Of a stretch of DNA of 42,381 nucleotides, positions 34,986-42,381 are shown in pieces. The stretch covers positions 1 to 42,381 of IMG/VR virus record IMGVR_UViG_3300023065_000008, one strand, 5' to 3'. A program made the translations under genes and the position numbers. Within the stretch, counting starts at the first letter, position 1. Every line of letters starts with the position of its first letter. The notes beneath the pieces were generated by a model that saw nothing but the letters and a program-made list of their open reading frames with translations, had not been told where the DNA came from and did not search any database. The stretch comes from a virus (Duplodnaviria > Caudoviricetes).

Positions 34986-35771
34986 TTACTCTTTATCCGG
35001 ATTACCATCCTCATCCTTGAGACTTTTAGCCACTTCCGACTTAAGCTTTGCTGTAACTTCGGCAAGTTCAGCCGGTGTCATATGATGCTGAATCCAATAC
35101 TTTCTTGAATCAGCGGTAGTAGGATCTATTTTGAGATGGTCCTTCCATTTTACCAAGTCATTGGGAAGTGTGATTTTTCGTTGTTGCGATTCAAGCGTAG
35201 AAATACGCTTCGACATTTCCCGGGTTGCGCTCAGAATTTCCATCATTACATCTTGCTGAGGCCGGGGCCTCGAGACTTTTTCAGGTTCATTTTCGGCCAA
35301 CGCGAGAGCGAACTCCGCTTCAAATTGAGGCCAGTAGACGATGAAAGCTTTCTCTAACACACGCTCGTCAAGCGAACGCTCTGCAAGGCACGCGTTCAGC
35401 GTTCTCATAAGTTCCCATACGCTCTCCCTGTCAGGTTTAGTGTGATTGAACTGAGCCAGCGGATCAGTCAAATCGTGAGGCTGGAGGTCGACTAAAAATG
35501 TGCAGACCCTATTTCCGCTCAGGCCTTTCGCCAGAGCACCAGACTCGAACAAAATCCATGGTTTATCTTTGTTGTCCTGTGTTAGACAGACAATACCGAC
35601 CGATATATCTCGGAGCTTTTCGTTTATTTCGGTGAACCACAGCGAACCACGATCGATGTGACGCGTTGAAATCCAAGGTTCCGACGCTTGCAGTACACAT
35701 TTTATCCAATCGCTAAGAACCTCGGCTACAGCGCGGCTGCGATTCCCAGACCAACTGATAAAGACCTTCAT
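34986..35771 (-). CDS. TIR-domain protein (TIR_2-like) with helical C-terminus
   Basis: KVFISWS, W.S...ID.G..W...I...L, GIVCLT..N..KPWILFE.GAL with the catalytic Glu; AT-richer, antisense. Confidence 0.88.
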   Translation of the reverse strand: MKVFISWSGNRSRAVAEVLSDWIKCVLQASEPWISTRHIDRGSLWFTEINEKLRDISVGIVCLTQDNKDKPWILFESGALAKGLSGNRVCTFLVDLQPHDLTDPLAQFNHTKPDRESVWELMRTLNACLAERSLDERVLEKAFIVYWPQFEAEFALALAENEPEKVSRPRPQQDVMMEILSATREMSKRISTLESQQRKITLPNDLVKWKDHLKIDPTTADSRKYWIQHHMTPAELAEVTAKLKSEVAKSLKDEDGNPDKE

Positions 35772-35881
35772 TGACACTCCCTAGCCCGGCCCCATGCCGG
35801 TCACCCGTAATACCCGATCCCAAACCAAATTGCCACCATGCCTCATCCGGCCACGGGGGCGGCGCATGCATGGAGAAAGTC

Positions 35882-36505
35882 ATGAGCCAGTTCTACCTAC
35901 AGGACAGCCGCAGCAACACCGGTGACGGCCTCATGTTCTGGGCCTTGGGCGGCGGTTACACCACCAACCTCGACAGGGCCGAACTGTTCACCCAGGAGCA
36001 AGCCTGTGGCCACCGGGATACAGACATCCCCTGGCCAAAAAATTACGTCGATGCGCGCGCACATTTCGGCGTCGACCACCAGTACATCAGCATGGACGAA
36101 GCTCGCGACCAGCTGAACCCAGGATGCACTGTGGTCCTGCAGATCCCAGGGCACTGGAATGGGAACGACATAGCCTTGGCCAGGTGGCCAATAGGACACA
36201 CGTACCGATTCGAGAAAGCCCACCACCTCACCCTTGAGGCTGCCGAAGCGATCGGCAACGCGCCAGAGGTAGCAGTGATCTGGCCTTTGGCTTACCTCAA
36301 TGAAAAGGCAAGGCGCCTGGTGCATAAGCGGGACGTGAACATCAAAGAAGCCCTGCACGGTACCGGCATCGAGCTGGTGAAGCCACGGAAGCAGCGCAAG
36401 GCCTGGCAGCGACCGCTCAATTGCCACGGCTGCGGACGCTTCATCAGCTGGGACGGGCGATTCCTCAACGACTGCGAGAACTGTGGCGCAAACAACTGCC
36501 CGTGA
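35882..36505 (+). CDS. Hypothetical protein with C-terminal Zn ribbon
   Basis: GGAG RBS before ATG 35882; two internal W...G.T....A repeats; CHGC...CENC. Confidence 0.75.
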   Translation: MSQFYLQDSRSNTGDGLMFWALGGGYTTNLDRAELFTQEQACGHRDTDIPWPKNYVDARAHFGVDHQYISMDEARDQLNPGCTVVLQIPGHWNGNDIALARWPIGHTYRFEKAHHLTLEAAEAIGNAPEVAVIWPLAYLNEKARRLVHKRDVNIKEALHGTGIELVKPRKQRKAWQRPLNCHGCGRFISWDGRFLNDCENCGANNCP

Positions 36506-36593
36506 CCCTCGAGCTCCTTCCGGGGTTTGCTAAGTTGTCACCGACATCCAATTTCCTAAATCTCTTGCCTATGTATCTGGTCAGGCACATGTT

Positions 36594-37226
36594 TTAGATT
36601 TTCTGGCTCAATAGAAAATCTAACGCACCTACGGTCTGCGCATATAAAAACTTTGCCTTTTCGATAGCCTCGTTTTTAACTGCTTCATACTCAGCCTTAT
36701 CGCCAGATAAGAAACCGAGTTCAGCTGCCGTGTAAATTTGTTCAGGATAGTGGGTGAACATCCCTATAAATACATCTGGCCGCCCCTGGATTGCTGCCTC
36801 TTCATGGCCACTTAAGAACGCAACCGCAGATGCCCATGCTTTTTTGTAAACAGTAAAGGTATCCAGAACTATCATTCGCTTACTAGCCAGAGCCTCAACC
36901 AACTCGTCCGGAACCTCTTCGCCTCTAAGCTTGATTTCACAGGCCCTAGAAATATCCTGCAAATAACCACGATACCGGTGAAGATCCGTAGCAGCATCTT
37001 TCAAATTAGACAGCCTGGTGAATCGCTCAGAAAACCTGAATTGTTTTTTCCATGAAGTGAGCGCAGCAACCGCAACGAAACATGCAATGATTGTAGCTAT
37101 ATAACTAGTAGACTCCAGCAGATCTTTTAATAGCTGTTTATCTGCGAAAGCGGGCGCCCAAACTACGCCAGCAAAAAACGAGCCTCCAACTACGGCCGTC
37201 AGAGCAGCGATGTCTTTTCTTTCCAT
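36594..37226 (-). CDS. Antisense moron, 210 aa, two N-terminal TM helices
   Basis: AT-rich island; AGGGA RBS; hydrophobic segments near residues 6-27 and 42-57. Confidence 0.75.
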   Translation of the reverse strand: MERKDIAALTAVVGGSFFAGVVWAPAFADKQLLKDLLESTSYIATIIACFVAVAALTSWKKQFRFSERFTRLSNLKDAATDLHRYRGYLQDISRACEIKLRGEEVPDELVEALASKRMIVLDTFTVYKKAWASAVAFLSGHEEAAIQGRPDVFIGMFTHYPEQIYTAAELGFLSGDKAEYEAVKNEAIEKAKFLYAQTVGALDFLLSQKI

Positions 37227-37285
37227 GTATCCCTATTGCTCCGGGCCGAATAAACACCCGGTAGCTTACGCCAGCAGCGAGACAG

Positions 37286-38038
37286 ATGACCATGCCCACA
37301 GAAAACCGATCCAGCAACACCGAGATCGTCAGCGTGCCCTTCCAGCGCGAAGACCGGTACATCGTCGTCAAACGCAGCGACCTGGCGCTTCTGTCGCCTG
37401 TCGACTCCGATCTCGCACACTCCTATCTCGAAGGCGTGATGGGGCTGATGGCCGAGTGGAACTGCCCGGCGCGGGAATGCCTGGTGATTGAAAGCGATTG
37501 GCCGGAGTTCGCGCCAGCCTGGGCATCTATCGAAGCGCGCGTCACAGGCCGGCCAGCTCCGCAGCCCCAAGCCGAGCCGATAGCCTGGATGGTTGGCACT
37601 GCCTTCTGGTGGACCAAAGAAGAGGCTGAGCGGGATGCGGCGGCGACTGGGCTGCCGATTGTTGGCCTGGGCCCAATGACCGGCTCCGCTGAGGTTGAGC
37701 GGCTGCGCGGCGAAAACGAGCAGTTGCGCGAAGTCATCAAGCATTCCGACTCGAACATCCAACGGCAGAGCCTGCGGATTTCGAATCAGCGCGCCCAGCT
37801 GGCCGAGCGGGATGCGCTGCTGGATCGCGTCGTTGATCACGCCAAGTTCTGGCATGACCACCCATATGCCGAAGTCGTCGAAGGCATCGCCAAGGACTAC
37901 AAAGCCATATCTGCCAGAGCGGAGCCGAAATGTGGAGCCTGCCATGGCCTTGGCCAGGTACGTATTGCCACTGTATGCGGCCCAGCCGACAAGACTTGCC
38001 AGACTTGCGCCAGCGCAGCGCCGGAGGCGAACTCGTGA
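37286..38038 (+). CDS. Mosaic early protein (Ea22-like coiled coil, C-terminal CxxC pairs)
   Basis: FQREDRYIVVKRSD N-domain, coiled coil, CGAC...CQTC. Confidence 0.7.
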   Translation: MTMPTENRSSNTEIVSVPFQREDRYIVVKRSDLALLSPVDSDLAHSYLEGVMGLMAEWNCPARECLVIESDWPEFAPAWASIEARVTGRPAPQPQAEPIAWMVGTAFWWTKEEAERDAAATGLPIVGLGPMTGSAEVERLRGENEQLREVIKHSDSNIQRQSLRISNQRAQLAERDALLDRVVDHAKFWHDHPYAEVVEGIAKDYKAISARAEPKCGACHGLGQVRIATVCGPADKTCQTCASAAPEANS

Positions 38039-38265
38039 GGACGCACTTCGCGCCATCCACCGACCTAGACGACCTTGAGCAAGCTCCCTGCGGTACATGG
38101 CTGGGCGATGCATCTGAACTGTCAGGCGAATGGGCCGAAGTTGATTGCCTGCGCTGCCAGAAACGCAAGGATAAGATCATCGCAGCGGCAGCAGCCGAAG
38201 AGCGCGCCATCGTTGAGCAGATGGGCCACATGACAGCCTTCATGCGCGCTGAGCGCCCGACGTAG
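38035..38265 (+). CDS. Hypothetical protein
   Basis: GTG start overlapping the previous stop, GGAGG RBS; H..C..CxxC. Confidence 0.65.
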   Translation: MRTHFAPSTDLDDLEQAPCGTWLGDASELSGEWAEVDCLRCQKRKDKIIAAAAAEERAIVEQMGHMTAFMRAERPT

Positions 38266-38302
38266 CACATTTGTACTCCTGACGCCGTAACCCCTCCCCT
38301 GT

Positions 38303-38605
38303 CTATTTCGAGCAGGCTGCAAGCTTCTCAGTTGCTGCCAGACCCTCGGTGGCGATTCGGCGAGCACGCCCAACGCCCCAGGCCAGTGCCCTGGTCATCG
38401 ACTCGCCTGGGCGGGAGTCGAAAGCCTCTTCGTGAAGCGCAGCGCCAGCAGCCGCATAGACACCGATGAACATCTGCGTCTGGCCCGTTCGCGCCAGCCT
38501 CACCTGGACATCGATAAATGTGCCGTCATCGAGAGTTTCGTCGTGCTCCCGGTGGTGGAGCGTTGGGTCCGCCCACTGCCAATAAACGTCTCCGCGAATT
38601 CGCAT
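38303..38605 (-). CDS. Antisense hypothetical protein, 100 aa
   Basis: AGGAGG RBS before ATG 38605; upstream TTGTAC-N16-TATCGT promoter-like sequence. Confidence 0.7.
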   Translation of the reverse strand: MRIRGDVYWQWADPTLHHREHDETLDDGTFIDVQVRLARTGQTQMFIGVYAAAGAALHEEAFDSRPGESMTRALAWGVGRARRIATEGLAATEKLAACSK

Positions 38606-38784
38606 GCCGCCTCCTACGACTGAAGTCTTTCGTGTATGGCCAAAACCCACGATAGCGAAGCGGCGCCGCTGTACAACTGGAAAAAGCCGAACTGTGAACT
38701 GAATCAGACCACCGGCCCAAAAACTTCTACACCACCAATAACTTGTACAACTTCTGCCGCGATATGGCGGCCAAGGACGAAGTC

Positions 38785-39114
38785 ATGCATGAAGAAAAGC
38801 AAATGATCCAGCCGCTCCAGGTCGTGCGCGACGAATACGGGTTCTGGACCCATCCGGCCTGGCCGGACGACGGCGACGAATGCGCCCTGCCGTTCAGCTG
38901 GTTCGGTGACCGCGGCCTGGAATACTGCGTGGTCGAGATGGAGAACGACGGGCCGGAAGAGTTGAATGCGGAATGGCTCGACGCCGGGGGCGACTATGAC
39001 TGCACGCCCTGGCAGCCGAGCAAACCGGCCGGTGATGGCTGGTTCACTTTCTCGATCCACGACACCGAGGACGGGCCCGTGTGCGTGTGGATCCGCCACA
39101 AGGTGGAAGCATGA
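38785..39114 (+). CDS. Acidic hypothetical protein
   Basis: AAGGA RBS; 109 aa, rich in D/E/W. Confidence 0.7.
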   Translation: MHEEKQMIQPLQVVRDEYGFWTHPAWPDDGDECALPFSWFGDRGLEYCVVEMENDGPEELNAEWLDAGGDYDCTPWQPSKPAGDGWFTFSIHDTEDGPVCVWIRHKVEA

Positions 39115-39362
39115 CCCGCCTCGCCCTCTGCCTCCTGCTGCTGGCCACCGGCGCCAGCGCAACCGAGAACGTCATCGACGTGCAGCACGACAGCCAGCGC
39201 GGCGTCACCTGCTACCTGCTCAACGGGGTCGGCATCAGCTGCATCCCCGACAGCCAGCCGCAGGCCGGCAACCAGCGCCAGCTCTCCCCGCACGAAACAC
39301 AACCCGAACCTACACCCGCACTGGCGCCTGGGCGCTGGATTGATGAGAGGTATCAGCTGTGA
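39111..39362 (+). CDS. Small exported protein
   Basis: Signal peptide MTRLALCLLLLATGASA; two Cys; ATGA coupling. Confidence 0.65.
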   Translation: MTRLALCLLLLATGASATENVIDVQHDSQRGVTCYLLNGVGISCIPDSQPQAGNQRQLSPHETQPEPTPALAPGRWIDERYQL

Positions 39363-39607
39363 CAGATCCTTCAGCACTCGGACGAGACATGTGGCTCATG
39401 CTCCGCTCCACTTTCGACGATGTGGCAGAGGCCAATGGGTTCTCTGGGCCCCGTGAAAAGGCGCAGCTCTGGGCCGGCTTCATGTCGGCCGCGAACGGGG
39501 CGATGTACCAACAGGTCGGCCGTGAGCAGGCCAAGATCATCAACGACGGCATCGAGGCCGCATTGGTTGATTTTGCACGTAGCAAACTGCAGGTGGTAAA
39601 GCCATGA
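39359..39607 (+). CDS. Hypothetical protein
   Basis: GTGA/ATGA coupled, 82 aa. Confidence 0.65.
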   Translation: MTDPSALGRDMWLMLRSTFDDVAEANGFSGPREKAQLWAGFMSAANGAMYQQVGREQAKIINDGIEAALVDFARSKLQVVKP

Positions 39608-39999
39608 CCGACCTCATCGAAGTGAGGGTAGCCAACCTGATCGGCGCGCCGCTGGACTGGGCTGTGGCCATGGCCGAAGGCTTCGGCACAGACCCTGAGT
39701 GCAGGACCACAATCTGGCGCAGCCGGACTGATCCTACCAGCGTCAGCATCCGCGGTGCGGCCGATGGCTTCGGCTATCGCCCTTCCACCAACTGGGAGCA
39801 CGGCGGGCCGCTATTCGAAAAGCACCAAGCAGGCTTAAGCCATGATCGGTACTTGTCAGGCGGCCCCTGCGGGTGCAGCGCAGGTCCGCTCAACTCGACA
39901 TGGCTTTCAGGGCCCACTCCCCTTATCGCCTTATGTCGCGCCCTGGTCCACGCCAAGCTCGGACCGATCGTCCAGGTGCCGAAGGAGCTGATGCCGTGA
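39604..39999 (+). CDS. NinX/DUF2591-family protein
   Basis: L.G..LDWAVA.AEG, Y.PST.W..GGPL.E, GPT.LIA.CRA.V..KLG..V.VP.EL. Confidence 0.8.
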   Translation: MTDLIEVRVANLIGAPLDWAVAMAEGFGTDPECRTTIWRSRTDPTSVSIRGAADGFGYRPSTNWEHGGPLFEKHQAGLSHDRYLSGGPCGCSAGPLNSTWLSGPTPLIALCRALVHAKLGPIVQVPKELMP

Positions 40000-40151
40000 C
40001 TAACTACCAGTTCAACCTGATCCTGGCTTTGCTCTTCATGATCGCCGCCGATGGCGCCGGAACGCCAGGAGCTGCAGCTATCGGATACACGTTGGGCATT
40101 GCATGCGGCCTTTCCGCTCTGGTCTATGCCTTCTTGGAGCGCAAATCATGA
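39996..40151 (+). CDS. Small 2-TM membrane protein (51 aa)
   Basis: AAGGAG RBS, GTGA coupling. Confidence 0.6.
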   Translation: MTNYQFNLILALLFMIAADGAGTPGAAAIGYTLGIACGLSALVYAFLERKS

Positions 40152-40201
40152 TCCTGCCCCTGATGTACATGGCCTACCTGGTATGGAAGGCGCCGCGATG
40201 A
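40148..40201 (+). CDS. 17-aa hydrophobic micropeptide
   Basis: MILPLMYMAYLVWKAPR; ATGA overlaps at both ends and GGAG RBS. Confidence 0.5.
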   Translation: MILPLMYMAYLVWKAPR

Positions 40202-40380
40202 GCGATGAACTGAAACCATGCCCGAAGTGCGGCAGCGACAACTTGGAGCTTGATAGCAGTTCCGCGCTCAGCCTCAGCTGGGTCATCTGCAACGACTGCG
40301 AGTTCAAACTGCAAAAGAAGGTGCCCGAGGAGGGCATCTGGCGCCACTGGAACAAGATCAAGCCAAGCCCCGCAGCCTAA
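40198..40380 (+). CDS. Lar-family restriction alleviation-like Zn protein
   Basis: ELKPCPKCGS...VICNDC...WN. Confidence 0.7.
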   Translation: MSDELKPCPKCGSDNLELDSSSALSLSWVICNDCEFKLQKKVPEEGIWRHWNKIKPSPAA

Positions 40381-40431
40381 CCCCTCCCCCTACAACTCAA
40401 GCCCGCCCACATGCGCGGGCGAGGATGAACT

Positions 40432-40812
40432 ATGCCCGAAATCAAGTGCGAGCACGGCCACACCATGCGCGTCGGCACCGACCAGTGGGTAGAAACCTTG
40501 ACACTGGATCAACTTCGCTACGCCCGCGACCAGATGGCCCTGAAGATCCAGGCGGCCGAGGCCCAGCCGAAGCGCTGCGTGTGGCGTGTCTGCCGCGGCG
40601 GCTTGGTCGAGGAGAACTACCGCGAGGAGGACTTCGAAAAAGCATCCGACCACCTGGTGCGCATCTTCAAGGAGCACTTCATCGAGGAGGCGAAGGCTTT
40701 CGTGGATCGCCATTACGGCACGCTGCGGTTCGAGCGCGAGATCCCACACCTCTCCGTAGAGCTGGTCAGCCAGTTCGAATACGACAACGAGTGGTTCCCG
40801 GCCAAGTCCTGA
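40432..40812 (+). CDS. Hypothetical protein
   Basis: GAGGA RBS, 126 aa. Confidence 0.7.
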   Translation: MPEIKCEHGHTMRVGTDQWVETLTLDQLRYARDQMALKIQAAEAQPKRCVWRVCRGGLVEENYREEDFEKASDHLVRIFKEHFIEEAKAFVDRHYGTLRFEREIPHLSVELVSQFEYDNEWFPAKS

Positions 40813-40851
40813 CCAACAACCTGCCGCCACCGGCGGCGTGGAGACCATCCC

Positions 40852-41094
40852 ATGGAAACCGAGATCCTTTCGGACGAAGAGCTGGCCGACTTGACCGGCT
40901 ACAAGGCCAGGGGCTGGCAGCGCCGCTGGCTCAATGATCGCGGCTGGCACTTCGTCGAGAGTCGCGGTGGCCGGCCTCTGGTGGGCCGCCAGTACGCACG
41001 CATGAAGCTAGGCGTCACCCTTGAGGTCGTGCCGCTGGCACCACCGCCGCCAGTGACCCCGGCGTGGACCCCTGACATTTCGAAGGTGAGGTGA
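40852..41094 (+). CDS. xis: Excisionase-like protein (DUF4224-type)
   Basis: LS.EELADLTGYK....Q.RWL...GW.F.....GRPLV.R; 1 bp upstream of int. Confidence 0.8.
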   Translation: METEILSDEELADLTGYKARGWQRRWLNDRGWHFVESRGGRPLVGRQYARMKLGVTLEVVPLAPPPPVTPAWTPDISKVR

Positions 41095-41095
41095 A

Positions 41096-42157
41096 ATGCG
41101 CCCCAGGAAGACCGAGAACCGTGACCTGCCGCCCGGCATGTACCGGCGCAAGCGCACCAGCAAGAGCAAGAAGAACCCGGGCAAGGTATGGATCAGCTAC
41201 TTCTACCTGGATAAAACCGGCAAGCCCATACCGCTGGGCACTGACTTGAGCCTGGCCAGGCTCAAGTGGGCCGAACTGGAGGCAAAGGAGAAACCGAAGG
41301 ACCTGGTGACGATGGGTGCAATCTTCGACCGATACGAGCGCGACATCATCCCAAAGAAGGCGCCGCGCACCCAGAAGGACAACCTGGCGGAGATACGCCA
41401 GTTGCGCAATTACTTCGAGAAGGCGCCAATCGACGGAATCACACCCGCCCACGTGGCGAAGTATCGCGACGCCAGAACTGCGCCTGTTAGGGCGAACCGT
41501 GAGATCGCCACCCTGTCGCACATCTTCAACATCGCGCGGGAATGGGGGCTCACCACCAACGAGAACCCGTGCCAGGGTGTACGCAAGAACAGGGAGGTGC
41601 CACGGGACTTCTACGCCAATGACGCGATCTGGAACGCGGTTTACGCGAAAGCAGTTGGTGAATTGAAGGACGCCATGGACTTGGCATATTTGACGGGCCA
41701 GCGTCCCGCGGACGTGCTGGTGATGAGAAGGGACGACATTGAGGGTAAGGCCCTCGGCGTCAAGCAGAAGAAGACCCACAAAAAGCTGCGGATCATGCTT
41801 GAGGTCGATGGTGTGGAGAGTAGCTTGGGCGCCCTGATCAGGAAGATTCTGGAGCGCAACGCTCCGCATGGATCGCCCTACCTGCTGCTGACCGACAACG
41901 GCAAGCGGGTAACGGCACCGATGCTGCGCCATCGCTGGGACGATGCGAGGGAAGAGGCGGTGAAGGAAGCGGTGGCCGCCGGTGACCAGGTGCTGGCTGG
42001 CCGGATCAGCCAGTTTCAGTTCCGTGACATCCGCCCGAAGGCGGCGTCCGAGATCACCGATGTCGACCATGCAAGCCTGTTGCTCGGCCACACCAAGGGC
42101 GACATTACGGAGCGGGTCTACCGCAGAATTGGGGCGTTGGCGAAGCCCACCAAGTAG
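41096..42157 (+). CDS. int: Prophage integrase (tyrosine recombinase)
   Basis: TGQR.ADV, Q.KT, FRDIRPKAA, LLGHT, T..VY; adjacent to the att/tRNA. Confidence 0.93.
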   Translation: MRPRKTENRDLPPGMYRRKRTSKSKKNPGKVWISYFYLDKTGKPIPLGTDLSLARLKWAELEAKEKPKDLVTMGAIFDRYERDIIPKKAPRTQKDNLAEIRQLRNYFEKAPIDGITPAHVAKYRDARTAPVRANREIATLSHIFNIAREWGLTTNENPCQGVRKNREVPRDFYANDAIWNAVYAKAVGELKDAMDLAYLTGQRPADVLVMRRDDIEGKALGVKQKKTHKKLRIMLEVDGVESSLGALIRKILERNAPHGSPYLLLTDNGKRVTAPMLRHRWDDAREEAVKEAVAAGDQVLAGRISQFQFRDIRPKAASEITDVDHASLLLGHTKGDITERVYRRIGALAKPTK

Positions 42158-42236
42158 CAAAGTATTGTCAGCGCTGACAAATCAAACCATTCCCAATGGC
42201 GTGCCCATGGCTAGATTTTCTATGCCCCAAAAACGC

Positions 42237-42262
42237 AAAAAGCCCTGAATAATCTGGGCTTT
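42237..42262. terminator. Phage-supplied terminator for the restored tRNA
   Basis: AAAAAGCCC-N10-GGGCTTT, 5 bp from the tRNA CCA end. Confidence 0.75.
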
Positions 42263-42267
42263 GAATA

Positions 42268-42327
42268 TGGCGGAAGCGTAGAGATTCGAACTCTAGGATA
42301 GTTGCCCATCGACGGTTTTCAAGACCG
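42268..42327. repeat. att core, right copy
   Basis: Identical to 765-824. Confidence 0.96.
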
Positions 42328-42355
42328 TTGCCTTAAACCACTCGGCCACGCTTCC
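42268..42355 (-). tRNA. tRNA-Ser (anticodon UGA)
   Basis: GGAAGCG/CGCTTCC acceptor stem, ACGGT-CT-TGA-AA-ACCGT anticodon arm, long variable arm, TTCGAAT T-loop, encoded CCA. Confidence 0.96.
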
Positions 42356-42381
42356 AGCTCGTTTTGCGGCCGCCATAATAC

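Larger units (their letters stand above)
765..42327. mobile_element. Complete lambdoid siphovirus-type prophage integrated in tRNA-Ser(UGA)
   Basis: Terminal 60-bp direct repeats, integrase next to the tRNA, full immunity, replication, packaging, head, tail and lysis modules; no obvious frameshift in core genes. Confidence 0.96.

Noticed and set aside
37199-38113. 304-aa minus-strand ORF
   Set aside because: Shadow of the plus-strand early gene 37286-38038
41015-42160. 381-aa minus-strand ORF
   Set aside because: Shadow of the integrase

Overview
The window holds one apparently complete lambdoid (HK97-like head, long non-contractile tail) prophage of about 41.5 kb in a GC-rich Pseudomonas putida-group-like host. 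It is integrated in a tRNA-Ser(UGA) gene and bounded by identical 60-bp att cores (765-824 and 42268-42327). Left of it lie the 5' part of a host LysR gene and a REP pair. The minus strand carries cro, O, DnaC-like, VRR-NUC, a second tyrosine recombinase, Q, holin-like genes, HNH, terminase, portal, protease, capsid, tail, endolysin and spanins. The plus strand carries cI and an early-left operon ending in xis-int. The most notable points are: (1) a ~280-nt multi-hairpin leader after PL in a phage with no recognisable N gene (put-like antitermination RNA candidate); (2) four antisense, separately inserted morons in the early-left operon, including a stand-alone TIR-domain protein; (3) an intact extra tyrosine recombinase whose 3' end contains an att-like arm/core arrangement; (4) a LexA-box-controlled two-gene cassette of unknown function; (5) a long hairpin placed like lambda sib; (6) a membrane moron at the HK97 gp15 position. 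All product calls come from motifs and gene order read by eye. No database search was run.
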